A stretch of DNA of 32,000 nt from Microcystis aeruginosa NIES-843 (lineage in GTDB: Bacteria; Cyanobacteriota; Cyanobacteriia; Cyanobacteriales; Microcystaceae): NCBI RefSeq assembly GCF_000010625.1, contig NC_010296.1, positions 4,050,001 to 4,082,000 on the forward strand, written 5' to 3'. Under the pieces are notes generated by a model. The model searched no databases. It was given only the letters and a program-made list of their open reading frames with translations, and was not told the origin of the DNA. Made by a program: the position numbers and the translations under genes. Of this stretch, positions 8,758 to 15,702 are shown in pieces. Each line of letters begins with the position of its first letter. The first letter of the stretch is position 1.

Positions 8758-9452
8758 ATGTCAGCTGCAGAACTCAAAAATCTAGATAAAAATATCGCCC
8801 GTTTAAAAGAGCAATTAGCCAATAAACGCGATACCTTAGTGACCATTGCTCCTGAAGAAAAGATGCGACTAAAACAGCAAATAGAAGATTTACGCAAACA
8901 AATTCGCGATTTGGAACGGGAGCAATGGCAAGGTTCTTCGTTACTTGGTATGGTTCAATAGGGTGGCATAAATCGACTAAATCCTTATCTGGCAAGAGTT
9001 CTATTGATTAGTTCGTTCTAGATCGAAAACAATTGACAAAAATCGCATCAATGTCCTTCTCTATAAAGGTTTCATCCCTTATAACTCCGTCCATCGCATA
9101 GCACCAACCGAAGAACCAATGGCAATTAATCAGCCAAATAACAGAAGATTTGACGATTAGCAATGAAGAAGCGGAACCGATTGTGGCCCAATTGGTAACA
9201 GAGGTTGAGACGGTTCAACAACAACCTGATCAACTTTCTTCAGAAATTTTAGCATTATTGCAGCAAATTCTCGCCAAGTTAAATGCACCGAATACGCCTG
9301 CGGCGGCTAAGTTAAAAGCGGTGATCTCGACTCTACCGCCTTTTGTTTCATTAACCTATGAAGCGGAACTGGATACCGAAAGTACTTTTCGACGTTATTT
9401 TCCGACTTTTAATCGTTATTTAATGGGGTTGAAAGAGCGTCTAAAAAAGTAG
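8758..9452 (+). pseudogene. Coiled-coil protein gene (~166 aa when restored) split by a MITE
   Basis: Track ORFs 8758..8961 and 9150..9452 (the latter a TTG artefact start) fall into one frame when 8932..9117 plus one 8-bp target duplication are removed. That deletion is 194 bp. The junction then reads ..DLEREQWQ|LISQITEDLTISNEEAEP.. Confidence 0.7.
8932..9117 (-). mobile_element. MITE family A, copy 1 (186 bp)
   Basis: Terminal inverted repeats GGTTCTTCG..CGAAGAACC. Exact 8-bp direct repeats AATGGCAA flank it at 8924-8931 and 9118-9125. By eye it is roughly 85% identical, in inverted orientation, to 18678..18865. No coding capacity. The strand label is arbitrary. Confidence 0.85.
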
Positions 9453-9541
9453 TGGTTAGTGAGGAGCAACCGATTAATAATTTTTGACCACAGCCGCCTG
9501 TAGGGGAGCAGGTTAAACAAAACCCTGCTAACTTAGATACA

Positions 9542-9781
9542 ATGAGTGAGAGTCCTAAGTCTATTTCGACTTCTCTTTCTAATCTTGATTACGGCATTGA
9601 AAGTCTATGTAAATTGAAAGCAATTTTCTACAAACTTAAGGGAAATGCTCGTCAACAGGAGGGCAAAGTTAATATAACAGTTAAAGAATTATCAGAATGG
9701 ATTCAGGCAATTCAATCCGCAGAATCAGAATTTGAGCAATTTTTAAATTTATTGGAGGCTAATGATGATTCAGATTCATAA
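9542..9781 (+). CDS. Hypothetical 79-aa acidic protein (middle gene of the cassette)
   Basis: The ORF overlaps the TPR gene start (9762) by 20 nt, which suggests coupling. It is predicted helical with an acidic tail (EANDDSDS). No family recognised. Confidence 0.45.
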   Translation: MSESPKSISTSLSNLDYGIESLCKLKAIFYKLKGNARQQEGKVNITVKELSEWIQAIQSAESEFEQFLNLLEANDDSDS

Positions 9782-10898
9782 AAATCAAACTAATTCGGCT
9801 CAGGCTAGTAATTATGAAACAGAGTTAAATCTTGAGAACTTTGATCAGATTACGCCCAAAAAACATAATCCTAAAATCTATCAAAAGCTCTTAAAAAAAG
9901 CTCAGTATATTGGTGATAAACAATCTGAGGTTTTTGCTCTTGGCCGGTTAGCAATGATTTATCAATCTTGGGGTCAATATAGAGAAGCAGTACAATATCT
10001 TCAGCAACAATTAGTAATTATTAGAGAAACTAATGATCGGTATTCGCTGGCGAATACTTTAGGTAATTTGGGAGCGGCTTATCAGTCTTTAGGGCAGTAT
10101 CAAGAAGCAATTTCACATCTTCAAGAACAATTAGCAATTGCTCAGGAGATCGGCGATATTCTTGCCCTAGCAAATGCTTTCGGAAATCTGGGGATTACTT
10201 ATCAATCCTTAGGAAAATATCAGCAAGCAATTGAATATTTTCAAAAACAATTAGAAATTGCCCAGCAAATTGGTGATAAAACATCAGAAGCAAATGCTTC
10301 GAGCAATTTAGGTATTTCTTATCAATATCAAGGCGATTTTGCTCAAGCAGAATCTCTATTTTTACAAGGATTAAAAATCCATGAAGAGTTATTTGGTTGC
10401 AATAATCCTAGTGTTGCTTCTAATCTCAACAATCTGGCGAGTCTTTATCAAGATCAAGGGAGATACACAGAAGCAGAACCTCTCTTTTTACGCTCGCTGG
10501 CGATTCGGGAAAAGCTATTAGGAAAAGAGCATCCTTATGTGGCGACCAGTCTCAACAATCTGGCGAGTCTTTATTGCGCTCAAGGGAAATACGCAGAAGC
10601 AGAACCTCTCTTTTTGCACTCGCTGGAGATTACGGAAAAGCAATTAGGCTCCGACCATCCTGATGTGGCGACCAGTCTCAACAATTTGGCGTTACTTTAT
10701 GATTCTCAAGGGAAATACGCAGAAGCAGAACCTCTCTTTTTGCGAGCGCTGGCGATTACAGAAAAGCAATTAGGAGAAGAGCATCCTGATGTGGCCAACA
10801 GTTTCAACAATCTGGCTGGTCTTTATTATGATCAAGGGAAATACGCAGAAGCAGAACCTCTCTTTTTGCGCTCGCTGGCGATTACAGAAAAGCAATTA

Positions 10899-11982
10899 AG
10901 TACCTAGGCAAAATTAATTACATACTCGCCTCCAAAATTGTCCAGCACTTTTTTAACGTAAGCGAGGAGGCTCTTTCGGTCTTTATAGGCGCTAAATTCA
11001 ATCCATTCATATTTTAAAAATCTCCATAATATTTCAATTAAATTTAAATGAGGTGAATAAGTGGGCAACCAAAATATTTTCAAGTTTTTCTTTTCCCATT
11101 CCTCAAGTTTCTCCATAAATGCCTCGCTGGTATGAATGGAAGCTTGGTCAATTATTATGACAGTTTTTTTCTGTATATTTTGGCAATATTTATCCAGAAA
11201 ATTAATAACTATCTCGCTAGTAACCGTTCCGACCTGTGTCTCATAAAATAATTGATTATCTCGTTTCATTATTCCTAAAATATTTAGTCTTTTACCTTCA
11301 ATTGGTGGTAACTTTATCGTGGTTTTTTCTTCTTGCCAAGCGTCAGGAATACAAGGCTTTGAATCCCCTCCCATTTCATCCAAATATCCTATCTCAATCT
11401 CTCCTCTTTTTTCCTGTTTTTTTAGTTCTTCTAAAATAGGTAGTTTGACCTCAAGCTCCCACTCATCAGGGGTTTTGGCGACCCCTCTTCTCACCCTTTT
11501 CCACCTCATGTTGATTTTTTTTATGAGTCTTTTTATCTTGTCTTTGCTTACGGTTAATTTCCCTTCTTCTACAATTTTTATCTGGATTTTTTTTAAGCTT
11601 TTCGGTTCTTCTTTTACCCAGTCAATAACTTGTTGACCTTGGGCTTCTGTCAATTTAGGTTTTCTCCCTCTTCCTCGACGATTATAAAAACCAATTAGTT
11701 TTCTATCTTCCCAGGCCGTCAACCAATTATAGATGGTCTTTCTCGTAACTCCAAATATTCCGCTCAATTCTTCTATCGTGGTTCCCTGAAAACTTAAGAG
11801 TATACATTTCGCTCGCTCTCTTACTTGATGATGTTTACTAGCTCGATAAATTCTCTCTAGCATTTTCTGGCTCTCGGGGTTTAGGTCTCTAATCAATCTC
11901 ATTGTATTTTCCTGCTGCTTCGTTTTTTTATGTATTATACTTCTTAATTTTTTATTTGGGTAATTAATTTTGCATGACTACT
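10899..11982 (-). mobile_element. IS630-family insertion sequence, apparently intact (1084 bp)
   Basis: Imperfect 23-bp terminal inverted repeats: AGTACCTAGGCAAAATTAATTAC against the reverse complement of the right end, AGTAGTCATGCAAAATTAATTAC (19/23 match). TA target duplication at 10897-10898 and 11983-11984. A single transposase ORF lies inside. Confidence 0.9.
10904..11902 (-). CDS. IS630-family (Tc1/mariner-like DDE) transposase
   Basis: 332 aa, uninterrupted. N-terminal HTH region (GVTRKTIYNWL). DDE-type core (IGYLDEMG .. VIIIDQASIHTS .. PTYSPHLNLIEILW). Confidence 0.9.
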   Translation of the reverse strand: MRLIRDLNPESQKMLERIYRASKHHQVRERAKCILLSFQGTTIEELSGIFGVTRKTIYNWLTAWEDRKLIGFYNRRGRGRKPKLTEAQGQQVIDWVKEEPKSLKKIQIKIVEEGKLTVSKDKIKRLIKKINMRWKRVRRGVAKTPDEWELEVKLPILEELKKQEKRGEIEIGYLDEMGGDSKPCIPDAWQEEKTTIKLPPIEGKRLNILGIMKRDNQLFYETQVGTVTSEIVINFLDKYCQNIQKKTVIIIDQASIHTSEAFMEKLEEWEKKNLKIFWLPTYSPHLNLIEILWRFLKYEWIEFSAYKDRKSLLAYVKKVLDNFGGEYVINFA

Positions 11983-12431
11983 TAGGAGAAGAGCATCCTG
12001 ATGTGGCGACCAGTCTCAACAATCTGGCGGATCTTTATCGCGCTCAAGGGAAATACGCAGAAGCAGAACCCCTCTATTTGCGAGCACTGGCGATTCGGGA
12101 AAAGCAATTAGGAGCAGAGCATCCTCATGTGGCCAACAGTCTCAACAGTCTGGCGATTCTTTATCAGTCTCAAGGGAAATACACAGAAGCAGAACCGCTT
12201 TATCAAAAAGCGATTGCTATTTGTTCGGAAAAATTAGGAGAAAATCACCCCGACACTCAAACAGTAAAAAATAATTATAATCTGATGCTTTCTCAACTTC
12301 CCGATGAGGAATTAAGCCAACGCTTTCCCCCCGAAATGGTCGAAGATATCCAATCACTCCGTCATTCCTAGATTCTTTGTAATACCTTAATAATGCTCAA
12401 ACTGCAATAAAATTACTCCAGCAGATAGTAA

Positions 12432-12650
12432 ATGCCTAAAAAAATACGAGAACTCAAGTCTATACTTCTGAAAGCAGGGTTTACCTATCGCCCCGGTAAA
12501 GGTAGTCATACCGTTTGGAGCCATCCCCGTTTAGAATATAGCTTGACCCTGTCAGGCAAAGATAGTAGTGATGCTGATCGCTACCAGGAAAAAGACGTAA
12601 GAAATGCACTTCAGGAACTAGCAAACTTAAATCAAGGAGACAATCCATGA
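12432..12650 (+). CDS. hicA: HicA-family toxin
   Basis: 72 aa. MPKKIRELKSILLKAGFTYRPGKGSHTVWSHP is the HicA pattern. Its stop overlaps the downstream hicB start (ATGA at 12647-12650). Confidence 0.8.
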   Translation: MPKKIRELKSILLKAGFTYRPGKGSHTVWSHPRLEYSLTLSGKDSSDADRYQEKDVRNALQELANLNQGDNP

Positions 12651-12856
12651 ATTATTACTATAGTATTTTTATTCAATGGTCAGAAGAAGACAACAAATTT
12701 ATCGCCCACCTCCCTGAATTTGGCCCCTATGCTCATACTCATGGTGAAACCTACCATGCAGCTCTACAAAATGCCCTTGAAGTTCTAGATCTCCTTATCG
12801 AAGACTACACTGCACGAGGCAAATCTCTCCCACCTCTCCGGGCTATTTCCGCATAG
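12647..12856 (+). CDS. hicB: HicB-family antitoxin
   Basis: 69 aa. MNYYYSIFIQWSEEDNKFIAHLPEFGPYAHTHGETYHAALQNALEVLDLLIEDY. It is a paralog of 14315..14524, with 13 of 69 residues different by my count. Confidence 0.8.
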   Translation: MNYYYSIFIQWSEEDNKFIAHLPEFGPYAHTHGETYHAALQNALEVLDLLIEDYTARGKSLPPLRAISA

Positions 12857-12924
12857 CCCAAATATTCTCAGTTCAGTAATATCTCCTAGTATTTAACCGT
12901 TCATAGAACATTTTATACCATGAT

Positions 12925-13056
12925 CTCGGAAAAGCCAAAATAAACTTCAAAAGAACCCAATGGAGTGGCAATAATTTGGGAAAATCACAGTTATATTCTC
13001 ATCACTTAAGAAGAATGGGAATCCTTAGATGAAACTGCCGAACTCATGCAGCAATA
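12925..13056 (+). pseudogene. Decayed remnant of a Phd/YefM antitoxin gene and its upstream repeat
   Basis: The stretch ..gaaaagccaaaataaa..aaagaacccaatggagtggcaataatttgggaaaatcacagttatattctcatcacttaagaagaatgggaatccttagatgaaactgccgaactcatgcag aligns by eye with 13575-13590 plus 13722-13828 of the intact yefM locus. It carries an internal deletion and stops. Confidence 0.5.
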
Positions 13057-13143
13057 AAGGAGATTGAACTTTACGTTATCCTGATATCGGGGGTTTCTTG
13101 GTTTAGACCTAGAAGCTATATTAGAGACAGTAGGCGATAGTCA

Positions 13144-13178
13144 CTGATAACTGTTAACTGTTAACTGTTAACTGAAAT
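13144..13178. repeat. Heptamer tandem repeat (CTGTTAA)n, creating three GTTAAC palindromes
   Basis: The sequence reads ctgataa ctgttaa ctgttaa ctgttaa ctgaaat. It lies 50 bp upstream of the 13228 gene. Confidence 0.8.
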
Positions 13179-13227
13179 AACAGCAGTACCTTCTAGTTTC
13201 AATCAATAAAAGTTTAGAGTAATAAAA

Positions 13228-13524
13228 ATGAGTAAGGTTAAATTATTTGATGATATTCAACTAACGGAAGATATTCCCTTAACCGATGGCGGAATTGCGC
13301 CTATCGGTACAGTTGGAGCAATTGTAGAAGTTCTGAAAAATGGGGAGGCTTATCTAGTAGAATTATTTGGGAATTGGGTTAAATATGATGAACAAGGAAA
13401 TTTTGTCTCAACCACTCAAGCAGAAAAAGAAGCATTTATGGAGACAATTGGCGTAGAAATTGTTTATCCTAATCAATTAGTGTTAGCTGTTCCCGCTAAA
13501 GAGATTATGCAAGTTACGGCTTAG
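13228..13524 (+). CDS. DUF4926-like small protein
   Basis: 98 aa. The N-terminus KLFDDIQLTEDIPLTDGGIAPIGTVGAIVEVLKNGEAYLVELF resembles the DUF4926 pattern from memory. An A-rich leader precedes the ATG. Confidence 0.5.
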   Translation: MSKVKLFDDIQLTEDIPLTDGGIAPIGTVGAIVEVLKNGEAYLVELFGNWVKYDEQGNFVSTTQAEKEAFMETIGVEIVYPNQLVLAVPAKEIMQVTA

Positions 13525-13657
13525 ATCATTACTAAAGTTGTCATATCGCCTTCTTCTCGATCAGAACTGAAAAGCCCAAAATAAATAATGAAAACGTCAG
13601 CCAACAAGCAATTTTTGCTTTATTATGAGAGTAATTCCCAAAAACCTTAAGCGATTT

Positions 13658-13909
13658 ATGTATCAAGTTACCGTTGATTACGCCAAAGCCAACCTAGAAG
13701 AACTCTGCGATCGCACTGAAAAAGAACCCGATGGAGTAGTGATCGTTCGTGAAAATCGCAGTTATATTCTCATCACTAAAGAAGAATGGGAATCCTTAGC
13801 TGAAACCAGCGAACTCATGCAAGATCCCAAACTATTACAACACATTGCATCAGCACGACGAGAATATGCCGCAGGAGAAACCCTAACAATGGAACAAGTA
13901 TTTGGATGA
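13658..13909 (+). CDS. yefM: Phd/YefM-family antitoxin
   Basis: The track ORF 13625..13909 is trimmed to the internal ATG at 13658. MYQVTVDYAKANLEELCDRTEKEPDGVVIVRENRSYILITKEEWESLAETSELMQDP is typical Phd/YefM. Its stop overlaps the toxin start (ATGA at 13906-13909). Confidence 0.8.
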   Translation: MYQVTVDYAKANLEELCDRTEKEPDGVVIVRENRSYILITKEEWESLAETSELMQDPKLLQHIASARREYAAGETLTMEQVFG

Positions 13910-14163
13910 CAACCTACACAATTGTCTTTTCTAAACAAGCGCGAAAAGATCCCGACGAACTCACCCAAAAACAGAAAGTCAAACTTCAAGAAATTTTAAC
14001 TAACATAATTGCAATTAATCCCTATATTGGCAAATCCTTAAAAGGCGATTTAGAAGGCTTGTATTCCTATCGCCTAAATCGAAAAGATCGTCTGCTTTAT
14101 GAAATTTATGAAGACGATAAAACTATTCTGATTATTCGTACAAAAACACACTATGGAGATTAG
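13906..14163 (+). CDS. yoeB: YoeB/Txe-like (RelE/ParE superfamily) toxin
   Basis: 85 aa. It has ..NPYIGKSLKGDLEGLYSYRLNRKDRLLYEIYEDDKTILIIRTKTHYGD with the C-terminal HY typical of YoeB/Txe. It is coupled to the upstream YefM gene. Confidence 0.8.
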   Translation: MTTYTIVFSKQARKDPDELTQKQKVKLQEILTNIIAINPYIGKSLKGDLEGLYSYRLNRKDRLLYEIYEDDKTILIIRTKTHYGD

Positions 14164-14166
14164 GTA

Positions 14167-14318
14167 ATAGCGGTCATAACCACTGAATTCATCCCCGTTT
14201 ATAATATAGCTTGATCCTGTTAGGCAAAAATAGTAGTGATGCCGATCACTACCAGGAAAAAGACGGAAGAAATGCACTTCAGGAACTAGCCAAATTAAAT
14301 CAAGGAGACAACCCATGA
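14167..14318 (+). pseudogene. 5'-truncated, nonsense-bearing hicA remnant
   Basis: It aligns by eye with the 3' two-thirds of hicA 12432..12650 (..atccccgttta[g>t]aatatagcttga..caggaaaaagac..aaatcaaggagacaa[t>c]ccatga). The first ~70 nt are missing and cgt tta TAA replaces cgt tta GAA. The ATGA overlap with the downstream hicB is kept. Confidence 0.7.
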
Positions 14319-14524
14319 ATTATCACTATAGTATTTATATTCAATGGTCACAAGAAGACAACAAATTTATCGCCCATCTCCCTGAATTTGTCTCCTATGC
14401 TCATACTCACGGCGAAACCTACAATGAAGCGCTACAAAATGCCCTTGAAGTTCTAGATTTCCTTATCGAAGACTACACTGCACGAGACAAATCTCTCCCA
14501 ATTTTTCAGGCTATTTCCCCATAG
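14315..14524 (+). CDS. hicB: HicB-family antitoxin, now orphaned
   Basis: 69 aa, intact. Paralog of 12647..12856. Its partner toxin is the remnant just upstream. Confidence 0.8.
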   Translation: MNYHYSIYIQWSQEDNKFIAHLPEFVSYAHTHGETYNEALQNALEVLDFLIEDYTARDKSLPIFQAISP

Positions 14525-14571
14525 CTAAAATATACTCTATTACAATCAAAACGTATTTTATCTGAGCAATT

Positions 14572-14808
14572 ATGGCTGAATTAAGTTCAAAAATTACGGC
14601 AATTATTTATTCTGGTGAACAACAAGGATATGTAGGCGAATGCGTGGAAATTTCGGTTGTGACCCAAGGAAATACCTTGGATGAGGTGGTTAATAATCTC
14701 AAAGAAGCTGTCTTATTACATTTAGAAGGGGAAGATCCTAGTGAGTTTGGTCTAGTTGCCAAACCTTCTCTACAGATTACGGTTGAGTTACAGCCTGAAT
14801 ATGCCTAA
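14572..14808 (+). CDS. hicB: HicB-like antitoxin (UPF0150 fold)
   Basis: 78 aa. ..YSGEQQGYVGECVEISVVTQGNTLDEVVNNLKEAVLLHLEGEDP.. is the HicB N-domain pattern. It overlaps the following hicA start by 8 nt. Confidence 0.7.
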   Translation: MAELSSKITAIIYSGEQQGYVGECVEISVVTQGNTLDEVVNNLKEAVLLHLEGEDPSEFGLVAKPSLQITVELQPEYA

Positions 14809-15043
14809 ACTGAAACAACTATCAGGCAAAGACGTGATCAAGATTCTCGCTCGATTTGGCTTTACTATTCACAGTCAACGAGGAAGTCACATTAAATTGC
14901 GTCGTGTTATCTCCCAGAGAAGAGAGACTTTAACTATTCCCAATCATCGAAAACTTGATCCTGGAACCTGTTAGGCAATTTTCAAACAAGCAAGTCAATA
15001 TATTCTAGAATCAGAGCTTTATCCTTATTTCTATGATTTATAG
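14801..15043 (+). pseudogene. hicA: hicA toxin gene with an in-frame premature TAG (57-aa product instead of ~80 aa)
   Basis: From the ATG at 14801 it reads MPKLKQLSGKDVIKILARFGFTIHSQRGSHIKLRR..IPNHRKLDPGTC, then TAG at 14972-14974. The same frame continues AIFKQASQYILESELYPYFYDL to a stop at 15041-15043. This matches the usual HicA C-terminus (compare LLRVIAGDIGLTVEQLL in 8350..8577). Confidence 0.6.
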
Positions 15044-15069
15044 AAAAAGTTAAGTGAAGCGGGGTTAAA

Positions 15070-15342
15070 ATGATCGACAAATATCTAATTGTTCTCGAAA
15101 AAAGTGAAACGGGATTTTCCGCTTATTCACCCGATGTAGTAGGGTGTGTACCAACAGGGGCGACTTTAGAAGAAACAACGGAGCAAATGCGATCGGCTTT
15201 GGCTTTGCATTTAGCAGATGTTGAAAATTGTCCCCAACCGCGAGGAATTGATGCCTATCTAGAAGCTTTGCGAGATTCGGAAGGAGAAACATTTTTTCTG
15301 ACTCATATTCCACTGGAGCAAGTCTTAATTAGGGTTTGCTGA
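15070..15342 (+). CDS. hicB: Solitary HicB-like antitoxin
   Basis: 90 aa. MIDKYLIVLEKSETGFSAYSPDVVGCVPTGATLEETTEQMRSALALHLA is the HicB N-domain pattern. No adjacent toxin ORF. The last codons overlap a MITE-B-like terminus (gggtttgctgaaaaag). Confidence 0.65.
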   Translation: MIDKYLIVLEKSETGFSAYSPDVVGCVPTGATLEETTEQMRSALALHLADVENCPQPRGIDAYLEALRDSEGETFFLTHIPLEQVLIRVC

Positions 15343-15702
15343 AAAAGTTTGTTGGTGGGGTTAGGAGCCGGTCGTCAGGAGTCGGTCGTCAGTACTATAT
15401 GCTTGAGAAAATACAGCAAAAAATCGCCATCATTAAGGAGATTGAATTTGTTGATTGAGACCTAATTTGAGAGAAATCGACAGGAAGATAATATAGTAAT
15501 CTCAAAAGCTCCTTTTTTAGAAGAAGTTTTTCAAGAAATTAAGCAAATTATTAGCTGCTTTAGAGAAAAATCCCCCAACACTCAAACAGTAATGCTGAAA
15601 AAGTCTTTGAGTGGCAACAGGGAACAGTTTTTGATGCCTTAAACCAGCCATCCTCGATCATCAAAACCATAAACAGGCAAAATTATCTGTATATTTAATC
15701 AC

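Larger units (their letters stand above)
9762..12371 (+). pseudogene. Tetratricopeptide-repeat protein gene (~507 aa restored) interrupted by IS630-family element
   Basis: The halves 9762..10898 and 11985..12371 rejoin in frame after removing the IS plus one TA (1086 bp = 362 codons). The junction ..ITEKQL|GEEHPDVATSLNNLA.. then matches the neighbouring repeat units (EKQLGEEHPDVANSFNNLAGLY). These are kinesin-light-chain-like TPR_10/12 repeats. Confidence 0.85.

Noticed and set aside
8522-8995. Minus-strand ORFs 8522..8737, 8715..8897, 8774..8995
   Set aside because: They run antisense through hicA, the R repeat, the coiled-coil gene and the MITE. The translations are low-complexity, and the plus-strand interpretation explains the region.
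11236-11636. Plus-strand ORFs inside the IS630 element
   Set aside because: They are antisense shadows of the transposase gene, with Ser/Phe/Leu-rich junk translations.
15065-15313. 82-aa minus-strand ORF
   Set aside because: It lies entirely antisense to the HicB-like gene 15070..15342, which has a recognisable family pattern.
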